This document shows positions 12,020-24,749 of a stretch of DNA of 64,000 bases, in pieces. A model generated the notes under the pieces. That model was not told the DNA's origin, did no database searches, and saw nothing but the letters and a program-made list of their open reading frames with translations. A program made the translations under genes and the position numbers. This DNA comes from Mobula hypostoma (taxonomy: Eukaryota). Positions within the stretch are counted from its first letter, which is position 1. Each line of letters begins with the position of its first letter. The stretch covers positions 1 through 64,000 of the forward strand of contig NW_026948143.1 in the NCBI RefSeq assembly GCF_963921235.1, given 5' to 3'.

Positions 12020-15000
12020 GACAGTCCGCAGGAACTCAGTGAAAACAGAGGACAGTCTGCGGGAACTCAGTGAAAACACACAACAGTCTGTAGGAACTCA
12101 GTGAAAACACACGACAGTCTGCAGGAAGTCAGAGAAAACACGGGACAGTCCGCAGAAACTCAGTGAAAACACACGACAGTCTGTAGGAGCTCAATGAAAA
12201 CACACGACAGTCTGCAGGAAGTCAGAGAAAACACGGGACAGTCTGCAGGAACTCTGTGAAAACACGGGACAGTCTGCAGGAACAGTGAAAACACAGGACA
12301 GTCTGCAGGAACTCAGTGAAAACACGGGACAGTCTGCAGGAACTCAGTGAAAACACAGGACAGTCTGCAGGAACTCAGTGAAAACACAGGACAGTCTGCA
12401 GGAAGTTAGTGAAAACACGGTACAGTCTGCAGGAACAGTGAAAACACGGGACAGTCTGCAGGAACTCAGTGAAAATACGGGACAGTCTGCAGGACCTCAG
12501 TGAAAACACAGGACAGTCTGCAGGACCTCACTGAAAACATGGGACAGTCTGCAGGAAGTCAGATTAAACACGGGACAGTCTGCAGAATCTCAGTGAAAAC
12601 ACCGAACAGTCTGCTGGAACTCAGTGAAAACACACGACAGTCTGCAGAAAGTCAGATTAAACACGGGACAGTCTGCAGGATCTCAGTGAAAACACCGAAC
12701 AGTCTGCTGGAACTGAGTGAAAACACACGACAGTCTGCAGGAACTCAGAGAAAACACTGGACAGTCTGCAGGAACTCAGTGAAAACAGAGGACAGTCTGC
12801 AGGAACTCAGTGAGAACACACAACAGTCTGTAGGAACTCTGTGAAAACACAAGACAGTCTGCAGCAACTCAGTGAGAAACCGAGGACAGTCCGCAGAAAC
12901 TCAGTGAAAACACACGACAGTCTGTAGGAACTCAATGAAAACACACGACAGTCTGCAGGAAGTCAGAGAAAACACGGGACAGTCTGCTGGAACTCAGTGA
13001 AAACACACTACAGACTGCAGGAAGTCTGAAAAAACACAGGACAGACTGCTGGAAATTAGTGAAAACACAGGTTAGTCTGCTGGAACTCAGTAAAAACACA
13101 GAACAGTCTGCAAAAACTGAGTGAAACCACAGGACAGTCTGCAGGAACTCAGTGAAAACACAGTACGGTCTGCAGGAAGTCTGAGAAAACACGGGACAGA
13201 CTGCAGGAACTCAGTGAAAACACGGGACAGTCTGCAGGAACTCAGTGAAAACAGAGGACAGTCTGCGGGAACTCAGTGAAAACACACAACAGTCTGTAGG
13301 AACTCAGTGAAAACACACGATAGTCTGCTGGAACTCAGTGAAAACACACGACTGTCTGCAGGAAGTCAGAGAAAACACGGGACAGTCTGCTGGAACTCAG
13401 TGAAAACACGTGACAGTCTGCAGGAACTCAGTGAAAACACAGGACAGGCTGCAGGAACTCAGTGAAAACACAGGACAGTCTGCTGGAACTCAGTGTAAAC
13501 ACAGAACAGTCTGCAGTAACTGAGTGAAAACACAGGACACTCTGCAGGAACTCAGTGAAAACACACGACTGTCTGCAGGAAGTCAGAGAAAACACTGGAC
13601 AGTGTGCAGAAACTCAGTGAAAACACGGGACAGTCTACAGGAACTCAATAAAAACACTGAATAGTCTGCAGGAATTCAGTGAGAACACAGACTGTGTGCA
13701 GAAAGTCAGAGAAAGCACGTGACGGTCTGCAGAATCTCACTGAAAACACAGGACAGACTGCAGGACCTTCTGAAAACACAGTACAGTCCGCAGGAACTCG
13801 GTGAAAACACAGAACAGTCTGCAGGAAGTCAAAGAAAACACGGGACAGTCTGCAGGAACTCAGTGAAAACACAGAACAGTCTGCAGGAAGTCGGAGAAAA
13901 CACGGGACAGTCTGCAGGAACCCAATGAACACACGGCAGTCTGCAGGAAGTCACAGAAAACAAAAGACAGTCTGCAGGAGCTTACTGAAAACACAGGACT
14001 GTCTGCAGGACCTCAGTGAAAACACAGGACAGTCTACAGGATCTCAGTGAAAACACACGACAGTCTGTAGGAACTCAGTGAAAAGACAGGACAGTCTGCA
14101 GGATCTCAGTGAAAACGCACGGCATTCTGCAGGAATTCAGTGAAAACACAGGACAGTCTGCAGAAACTCAGTGAAAACACAGGACTGTCTGCAGGAAGTC
14201 AGAGAAAACACGGGACAGTCTGCAGGAACACAGGTAAAACACAGAACATCTGCAGGAATCAGAGAAAACAAGTGACGGTCTGCAGAAACTCAGTGAAAAC
14301 ACAGGACAGTCTGCTGGAACTCAGTGAAAACACACAACAGTCTTTAGGAACGCAGTGAAATCACACGACAGTCTGCAGGAATTCAGTAAAAACACACGAC
14401 AGTCTGCAGGAAGTCAGAGAAAACACGGGACAGTCCGCAGAAACTCAGTGAAAAGACAGAATGTGTGCAGGAACTCAGTGAAAACACAGGACTGTCTGTA
14501 CGAACTCAGTGAAAACATGGGACAGGCTGCAAGAACTCAGTGAAAACACGAGACAGTCTGCAGGAACTCAGTGAAAACACATGACATTCTGCAGGAACTC
14601 AGTGAAAACACGGGGCACTCTGCTAGAACTCAGAGAAAACACTGGACAGTCTGCAGGAAATCAGTGAAAACAGAGGACAGTCTGCAGGAACTCAGTGAGA
14701 ACACAAAACAGTCTGTAGGAACTCTGAAAACACAAGACAGTCTGCAGCAACTCAGTGAGAAAACGAGGACAGTGTGCAGGAACTCAGTGAAAACACAGGT
14801 TAGTCTGCTGGAACTCAGTGAAAACACAGAACAGTCTGCAGTAACTGAGTGAAAACACACGACAGTCTGCAGGAAGACTGAGAAAACACGGGACAGACTG
14901 CAGGAACTCAGTGTAAACACAGTACAGTCTGCAGGAAGTCTGAGAAAACACGGGATAGACTGCAGGAACTCAGTGAAAACACGGGACAGTCTCCAGGAAC

Positions 15001-18000
15001 TCAGTGAAAACAGAGGACAGTCTGCGGGAAGTCAGTGAAAACACACAACAGTCTGCAGTAACTCAGTGAAAACACACGACAGTCTGCAGGAAGTCAGAGA
15101 AAACACGGGACAGTCCGCAGAAACTCAGTGAAAACACACGACAGTCTGCAGGAACTCAGTGAAAACACAGGACTGTCTGTAGGAACTCAGTGAAAACATG
15201 GGACAGGCTGCAAGAACTCAGTGAAAACACGATACAGTCTGCAGGAACTCAGTGAAAACACGTGACAGTCTGCAAGTACTCAGTGAAAACACGGGACAGT
15301 CTGAAGGAACTCAATGTGAACACAGGACAGTCTGCAGGAACTGAGTGAAAACACACGACAGTCTGCAGGAACTCAGAGAAAACACTGGACAGTCTGCAGG
15401 AACTCAGTGAAAACAGAGGACAGTCTGCAGGAACTCAGTGAGAACACAGAACAGTCTGTAGGAACTCAGTGAAAACACACGACAGTCTGCAGGAAGTCAG
15501 AGAAAACACGGGACACTCCTCAGAATCTCAGTGAAAACACACGACATTCTGCAGGAACTCAGTGAAAACACAGTACAGTCTGCAGCAAGTCTGAGAAAAC
15601 ACGGGACAGTCTGCAGGAACTCAGTGAAAACACGGAACAGTCTGCAGGAAATCAGAGAAAACACGTGACGGTCTTCAGAAACTCAGTGAAGACAAGGGAC
15701 AGTCTGCAGGAACTCAGTGAAAACACAGGACAGTCTGCTGGATCTCAGTGAAAACACACAACAGTCTGCAGGAACTCAGTGAAAACACGGGACAGTCTGC
15801 AGGAACTCAGTGTAAACACAGGACAGTCTGCAGGAACTCAGTGTAAACACGAGATAGGGTGCAGGAAGTCAGAGAAAACACGGGACAGTCCGCAGAAACT
15901 CAGTGAAAACACACGACAGTCTGCAGGAACTCAGAGAAAACACTGGACAGTCTGCAGGAACTCAGTGAAAACAGAGGACAGTCTGCAGGAACTCAGTGAG
16001 AACACAGGACAGCCTGCAGCAACTCAGTGAGAAACCGAGGACAGTCCGCAGAAACTCAGTGAAAACACACGACAGTCTGTAGGAACTCAATGAAAACACA
16101 CGACAGTCTGCAGGAAGTCAGAGAAAACACGGGACAGTCTGCTGGAACTCAGTGAAAACACACTACAGACTGCAGGAAGTCTGAAAAAACACAGGACAGA
16201 CTGCTGGAAATTAGTGAAAACACAGGTTAGTCTGCTGGAACTCAGTAAAAACACAGAACAGTCTGCAAAAACTGAGTGAAACCACAGGACAGTCTGCAGG
16301 AACTCAGTGAAAACACAGTACGGTCTGCAGGAAGTCTGAGAAAACACGGGACAGACTGCAGGAACTCAGTGAAAACACGGGACAGTCTGCAGGAACTCAG
16401 TGAAAACAGAGGACAGTCTGCGGGAACTCAGTGAAAACACACAACAGTCTGTAGGAACTCAGTGAAAACACACGATAGTCTGCTGGAACTCAGTGAAAAC
16501 ACACGACTGTCTGCAGGAAGTCAGAGAAAACACGGGACAGTCTGCAGGAACTCAGTGAAAACACGTGACATTCTGCAGGAACTCAGTGAAAACACAGTAC
16601 AGACTGCTGCAACTCAGTGAAAACACAGGTTAGTCTGCTGGAACTCAGTAAAAACACAGAACAGTCTGCAGTAACTGAGTGAAAACACAGGACACTCTGC
16701 AGGAACTCAGTGAAAACACACGACTGTCTGCAGGAAGTCAGAGAAAACACTGGACAGTGTGCAGAAACTCAGTGAAAACACGGGACAGTCTACAGGAACT
16801 CAATAAAAACACTGAATAGTCTGCAGGAATTCAGTGAGAACACAGACTGTGTGCAGAAAGTCAGAGAAAGCACGTGACGGTCTGCAGAATCTCACTGAAA
16901 ACACAGGACAGACTGCAGGACCTTCTGAAAACACAGTACAGTCCGCAGGAACTCGGTGAAAACACAGAACAGTCTGCAGGAAGTCAAAGAAAACACGGGA
17001 CAGTCTGCAGGAACTCAGTGAAAACACAGAACAGTCTGCAGGAAGTCGGAGAAAACACGGGACAGTCTGCAGGAACCCAATGAACACACGGCAGTCTGCA
17101 GGAAGTCACAGAAAACAAAAGACAGTCTGCAGGAGCTTACTGAAAACACAGGACTGTCTGCAGGACCTCAGTGAAAACACAGGACAGTCTACAGGATCTC
17201 AGTGAAAACACACGACAGTCTGTAGGAACTCAGTGAAAAGACAGGACAGTCTGCAGGATCTCAGTGAAAACGCACGGCATTCTGCAGGAATTCAGTGAAA
17301 ACACAGGACAGTCTGCAGAAACTCAGTGAAAACACAGGACTGTCTGCAGGAAGTCAGAGAAAACACGGGACAGTCTGCAGGAACACAGGTAAAACACAGA
17401 ACATCTGCAGGAATCAGAGAAAACAAGTGACGGTCTGCAGAAACTCAGTGAAAACACAGGACAGTCTGCTGGAACTCAGTGAAAACACACAACAGTCTTT
17501 AGGAACGCAGTGAAATCACACGACAGTCTGCAGGAATTCAGTAAAAACACACGACAGTCTGCAGGAAGTCAGAGAAAACACGGGACAGTCCGCAGGAACT
17601 CAGTGAAAACAGAGGACAGTCTGCGGGAACTCAGTGAAAACACACAACAGTCTGTAGGAACTCAGTGAAAACACACGACAGCCTGCAGGAAGTCAGAGAA
17701 AACACGGGACAGTCCGCAGAAACTCAGTGAAAACACACGACAGTCTGTAGGAGCTCAATGAAAACACACGACAGTCTGCAGGAAGTCAGAGAAAACACGG
17801 GACAGTCTGCAGAAACTCAGTGAAAACACGGGACAGTCTGCAGGAACAGTGAAAACACAGGACAGTCTGCAGGAACTCAGTGAAAACACGGGACAGTCTG
17901 CAGAACTCAGTGTCACCACAGGACAGTCAATAGGAACTCAGTGAAAACACAGGACAGTCTGTAGGAAGTTAGTGAAAACACGGTACAGTCTGCAGGAACA

Positions 18001-21000
18001 GTGAAAACACGGGACAGTCTGCAGGAACTCAGTGAAAATACGGGACAGTCTGCAGGACCTCAGTGAAAACACAGGACAGTCTGCAGGACCTCACTGAAAA
18101 CATGGGACAGTCTGCAGGAAGTCAGATTAAACACGGGACAGTCTGCAGAATCTCAGTGAAAACACCGAACAGTCTGCTGGAACTCAGTGAAAACACACGA
18201 CAATCTGCAGGAAGTCAGATTAAACACGGGACAGTCTGCAGGATCTCAGTGAAAACACCGAACAGTCTGCTGGAACTGAGTGAAAACACACGACAGTCTG
18301 CAGGAACTCAGAGAAAACACTGGACAGTCTGCAGGAACTCAGTGAAAACAGAGGACAGTCTGCAGGAACTCAGTGAGAACACACAACAGTCTGTAGGGAC
18401 TCTGTGAAAACACAAGACAGTCTGCAGCAACTCAGTGAGAAACCGAGGACAGTCCGCAGAAACTCAGTGAAAACACACGACAGTCTGTAGGAACTCAATG
18501 AAAACACACGACAGTCTGCAGGAAGTCAGAGAAAACACGGGACAGTCTGCTGGAACTCAGTGAAAACACACTACAGACTGCAGGAAGTCTGAAAAAACAC
18601 AGGACAGACTGCTGGAAATTAGTGAAAACACAGGTTAGTCTGCTGGAACTCAGTAAAAACACAGAACAGTCTGCAAAAACTGAGTGAAACCACAGGACAG
18701 TCTGCAGGAACTCAGTGAAAACACAGTACGGTCTGCAGGAAGTCTGAGAAAACACGGGACAGACTGCAGGAACTCAGTGAAAACACGGGACAGTCTGCAG
18801 GAACTCAGTGAAAACAGAGGACAGTCTGCGGGAACTCAGTGAAAACACACAACAGTCTGTAGGAACTCAGTGAAAACACACGATAGTCTGCTGGAACTCA
18901 GTGAAAACACACGACTGTCTGCAGGAAGTCAGAGAAAACACGGGACAGTCTGCTGGAACTCAGTGAAAACACGTGACATTCTGCAGGAACTCAGTGAAAA
19001 CACAGTACAGACTGCTGCAACTCAGTGAAAACACAGGTTAGTCTGCTGGAACTCAGTAAAAACACAGAACAGTCTGCAGTAACTGAGTGAAAACACAGGA
19101 CACTCTGCAGGAACTCAGTGAAAACACACGACTGTCTGCAGGAAGTCAGAGAAAACACTGGACAGTGTGCAGAAACTCAGTGAAAACACGGGACAGTCTA
19201 CAGGAACTCAATAAAAACACTGAATAGTCTGCAGGAATTCAGTGAGAACACAGACTGTGTGCAGAAAGTCAGAGAAAGCACGTGACGGTCTGCAGAATCT
19301 CACTGAAAACACAGGACAGACTGCAGGACCTTCTGAAAACACAGTACAGTCCGCAGGAACTCGGTGAAAACACAGAACAGTCTGCAGGAAGTCAAAGAAA
19401 ACACGGGACAGTCTGCAGGAACTCAGTGAAAACACAGAACAGTCTGCAGGAAGTCGGAGAAAACACGGGACAGTCTGCAGGAACCCAATGAACACACGGC
19501 AGTCTGCAGGAAGTCACAGAAAACAAAAGACAGTCTGCAGGAGCTTACTGAAAACACAGGACTGTCTGCAGGACCTCAGTGAAAACACAGGACAGTCTAC
19601 AGGATCTCAGTGAAAACACACGACAGTCTGTAGGAACTCAGTGAAAAGACAGGACAGTCTGCAGGATCTCAGTGAAAACGCACGGCATTCTGCAGGAATT
19701 CAGTGAAAACACAGGACAGTCTGCAGAAACTCAGTGAAAACACAGGACTGTCTGCAGGAAGTCAGAGAAAACACGGGACAGTCTGCAGGAACACAGGTAA
19801 AACACAGAACATCTGCAGGAATCAGAGAAAACAAGTGACGGTCTGCAGAAACTCAGTGAAAACACAGGACAGTCTGCTGGAACTCAGTGAAAACACACAA
19901 CAGTCTTTAGGAACGCAGTGAAATCACACGACAGTCTGCAGGAATTCAGTAAAAACACACGACAGTCTGCAGGAAGTCAGAGAAAACACGGGACAGTCCG
20001 CAGAAACTCAGTGAAAAGACAGAATGTGTGCAGGAACTCAGTGAAAACACAGGACTGTCTGTACGAACTCAGTGAAAACATGGGACAGGCTGCAAGAACT
20101 CAGTGAAAACACGAGACAGTCTGCAGGAACTCAGTGAAAACACATGACATTCTGCAGGAACTCAGTGAAAACACGGGGCACTCTGCTAGAACTCAGAGAA
20201 AACACTGGACAGTCTGCAGGAAATCAGTGAAAACAGAGGACAGTCTGCAGGAACTCAGTGAGAACACAAAACAGTCTGTAGGAACTCTGAAAACACAAGA
20301 CAGTCTGCAGCAACTCAGTGAGAAAACGAGGACAGTGTGCAGGAACTCAGTGAAAACACAGGTTAGTCTGCTGGAACTCAGTGAAAACACAGAACAGTCT
20401 GCAGTAACTGAGTGAAAACACACGACAGTCTGCAGGAAGACTGAGAAAACACGGGACAGACTGCAGGAACTCAGTGTAAACACAGTACAGTCTGCAGGAA
20501 GTCTGAGAAAACACGGGATAGACTGCAGGAACTCAGTGAAAACACGGGACAGTCTCCAGGAACTCAGTGAAAACAGAGGACAGTCTGCGGGAAGTCAGTG
20601 AAAACACACAACAGTCTGCAGTAACTCAGTGAAAACACACGACAGTCTGCAGGAAGTCAGAGAAAACACGGGACAGTCCGCAGAAACTCAGTGAAAACAC
20701 ACGACAGTCTGCAGGAACTCAGTGAAAACACAGGACTGTCTGTAGGAACTCAGTGAAAACATGGGACAGGCTGCAAGAACTCAGTGAAAACACGATACAG
20801 TCTGCAGGAACTCAGTGAAAACACGTGACAGTCTGCAAGTACTCAGTGAAAACACGGGACAGTCTGAAGGAACTCAATGTGAACACAGGACAGTCTGCAG
20901 GAACTGAGTGAAAACACACGACAGTCTGCAGGAACTCAGAGAAAACACTGGACAGTCTGCAGGAACTCAGTGAAAACAGAGGACAGTCTGCAGGAACTCA

Positions 21001-24000
21001 GTGAGAACACAGAACAGTCTGTAGGAACTCAGTGAAAACACACGACAGTCTGCAGGAAGTCAGAGAAAACACGGGACACTCCTCAGAATCTCAGTGAAAA
21101 CACACGACATTCTGCAGGAACTCAGTGAAAACACAGTACAGTCTGCAGCAAGTCTGAGAAAACACGGGACAGTCTGCAGGAACTCAGTGAAAACACGGAA
21201 CAGTCTGCAGGAAATCAGAGAAAACACGTGACGGTCTTCAGAAACTCAGTGAAGACAAGGGACAGTCTGCAGGAACTCAGTGAAAACACAGGACAGTCTG
21301 CTGGATCTCAGTGAAAACACACAACAGTCTGCAGGAACTCAGTGAAAACACGGGACAGTCTGCAGGAACTCAGTGTAAACACAGGACAGTCTGCAGGAAC
21401 TCAGTGTAAACACGAGATAGGGTGCAGGAAGTCAGAGAAAACACGGGACAGTCCGCAGAAACTCAGTGAAAACACACGACAGTCTGCAGGAACTCAGAGA
21501 AAACACTGGACAGTCTGCAGGAACTCAGTGAAAACAGAGGACAGTCTGCAGGAACTCAGTGAGAACACAGGACAGCCTGCAGCAACTCAGTGAGAAACCG
21601 AGGACAGTCCGCAGAAACTCAGTGAAAACACACGACAGTCTGTAGGAACTCAATGAAAACACACGACAGTCTGCAGGAAGTCAGAGAAAACACGGGACAG
21701 TCTGCTGGAACTCAGTGAAAACACACTACAGACTGCAGGAAGTCTGAAAAAACACAGGACAGACTGCTGGAAATTAGTGAAAACACAGGTTAGTCTGCTG
21801 GAACTCAGTAAAAACACAGAACAGTCTGCAAAAACTGAGTGAAACCACAGGACAGTCTGCAGGAACTCAGTGAAAACACAGTACGGTCTGCAGGAAGTCT
21901 GAGAAAACACGGGACAGACTGCAGGAACTCAGTGAAAACACGGGACAGTCTGCAGGAACTCAGTGAAAACAGAGGACAGTCTGCGGGAACTCAGTGAAAA
22001 CACACAACAGTCTGTAGGAACTCAGTGAAAACACACGATAGTCTGCTGGAACTCAGTGAAAACACACGACTGTCTGCAGGAAGTCAGAGAAAACACGGGA
22101 CAGTCTGCTGGAACTCAGTGAAAACACGTGACATTCTGCAGGAACTCAGTGAAAACACAGTACAGACTGCTGCAACTCAGTGAAAACACAGGTTAGTCTG
22201 CTGGAACTCAGTAAAAACACAGAACAGTCTGCAGTAACTGAGTGAAAACACAGGACACTCTGCAGGAACTCAGTGAAAACACACGACTGTCTGCAGGAAG
22301 TCAGAGAAAACACTGGACAGTGTGCAGAAACTCAGTGAAAACACGGGACAGTCTACAGGAACTCAATAAAAACACTGAATAGTCTGCAGGAATTCAGTGA
22401 GAACACAGACTGTGTGCAGAAAGTCAGAGAAAGCACGTGACGGTCTGCAGAATCTCACTGAAAACACAGGACAGACTGCAGGACCTTCTGAAAACACAGT
22501 ACAGTCCGCAGGAACTCGGTGAAAACACAGAACAGTCTGCAGGAAGTCAAAGAAAACACGGGACAGTCTGCAGGAACTCAGTGAAAACACAGAACAGTCT
22601 GCAGGAAGTCGGAGAAAACACGGGACAGTCTGCAGGAACCCAATGAACACACGGCAGTCTGCAGGAAGTCACAGAAAACAAAAGACAGTCTGCAGGAGCT
22701 TACTGAAAACACAGGACTGTCTGCAGGACCTCAGTGAAAACACAGGACAGTCTACAGGATCTCAGTGAAAACACACGACAGTCTGTAGGAACTCAGTGAA
22801 AAGACAGGACAGTCTGCAGGATCTCAGTGAAAACGCACGGCATTCTGCAGGAATTCAGTGAAAACACAGGACAGTCTGCAGAAACTCAGTGAAAACACAG
22901 GACTGTCTGCAGGAAGTCAGAGAAAACACGGGACAGTCTGCAGGAACACAGGTAAAACACAGAACATCTGCAGGAATCAGAGAAAACAAGTGACGGTCTG
23001 CAGAAACTCAGTGAAAACACAGGACAGTCTGCTGGAACTCAGTGAAAACACACAACAGTCTTTAGGAACGCAGTGAAATCACACGACAGTCTGCAGGAAT
23101 TCAGTAAAAACACACGACAGTCTGCAGGAAGTCAGAGAAAACACGGGACAGTCCGCAGAAACTCAGTGAAAAGACAGAATGTGTGCAGGAACTCAGTGAA
23201 AACACAGGACTGTCTGTACGAACTCAGTGAAAACATGGGACAGGCTGCAAGAACTCAGTGAAAACACGAGACAGTCTGCAGGAACTCAGTGAAAACACAT
23301 GACATTCTGCAGGAACTCAGTGAAAACACGGGGCACTCTGCTAGAACTCAGAGAAAACACTGGACAGTCTGCAGGAAATCAGTGAAAACAGAGGACAGTC
23401 TGCAGGAACTCAGTGAGAACACAAAACAGTCTGTAGGAACTCTGAAAACACAAGACAGTCTGCAGCAACTCAGTGAGAAAACGAGGACAGTGTGCAGGAA
23501 CTCAGTGAAAACACAGGTTAGTCTGCTGGAACTCAGTGAAAACACAGAACAGTCTGCAGTAACTGAGTGAAAACACACGACAGTCTGCAGGAAGACTGAG
23601 AAAACACGGGACAGACTGCAGGAACTCAGTGTAAACACAGTACAGTCTGCAGGAAGTCTGAGAAAACACGGGATAGACTGCAGGAACTCAGTGAAAACAC
23701 GGGACAGTCTCCAGGAACTCAGTGAAAACAGAGGACAGTCTGCGGGAAGTCAGTGAAAACACACAACAGTCTGCAGTAACTCAGTGAAAACACACGACAG
23801 TCTGCAGGAAGTCAGAGAAAACACGGGACAGTCCGCAGAAACTCAGTGAAAACACACGACAGTCTGCAGGAACTCAGTGAAAACACAGGACTGTCTGTAG
23901 GAACTCAGTGAAAACATGGGACAGGCTGCAAGAACTCAGTGAAAACACGATACAGTCTGCAGGAACTCAGTGAAAACACGTGACAGTCTGCAAGTACTCA

Positions 24001-24745
24001 GTGAAAACACGGGACAGTCTGAAGGAACTCAATGTGAACACAGGACAGTCTGCAGGAACTGAGTGAAAACACACGACAGTCTGCAGGAACTCAGAGAAAA
24101 CACTGGACAGTCTGCAGGAACTCAGTGAAAACAGAGGACAGTCTGCAGGAACTCAGTGAGAACACAGAACAGTCTGTAGGAACTCAGTGAAAACACACGA
24201 CAGTCTGCAGGAAGTCAGAGAAAACACGGGACACTCCTCAGAATCTCAGTGAAAACACACGACATTCTGCAGGAACTCAGTGAAAACACAGTACAGTCTG
24301 CAGCAAGTCTGAGAAAACACGGGACAGTCTGCAGGAACTCAGTGAAAACACGGAACAGTCTGCAGGAAATCAGAGAAAACACGTGACGGTCTTCAGAAAC
24401 TCAGTGAAGACAAGGGACAGTCTGCAGGAACTCAGTGAAAACACAGGACAGTCTGCTGGATCTCAGTGAAAACACACAACAGTCTGCAGGAACTCAGTGA
24501 AAACACGGGACAGTCTGCAGGAACTCAGTGTAAACACAGGACAGTCTGCAGGAACTCAGTGTAAACACGAGATAGGGTGCAGGAAGTCAGAGAAAACACG
24601 GGACAGTCCGCAGAAACTCAGTGAAAACACACGACAGTCTGCAGGAACTCAGAGAAAACACTGGACAGTCTGCAGGAACTCAGTGAAAACAGAGGACAGT
24701 CTGCAGGAACTCAGTGAGAACACACAACAGTCTGTAGGAACTCTG
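12020..24745 (+). repeat. Satellite domain C: 3,155-bp HOR (~102 monomers) with a superimposed 5,563-bp tandem duplication
   Basis: Identical spurious ORFs at 12932/16087/18495/21650 and 14140/17295/19703/22858 (spacings 3,155, 2,408, 3,155). Pairs 12500/18063 and 14571/20134 are offset 5,563. Confidence 0.92.
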
Positions 24746-24749
24746 TGAA

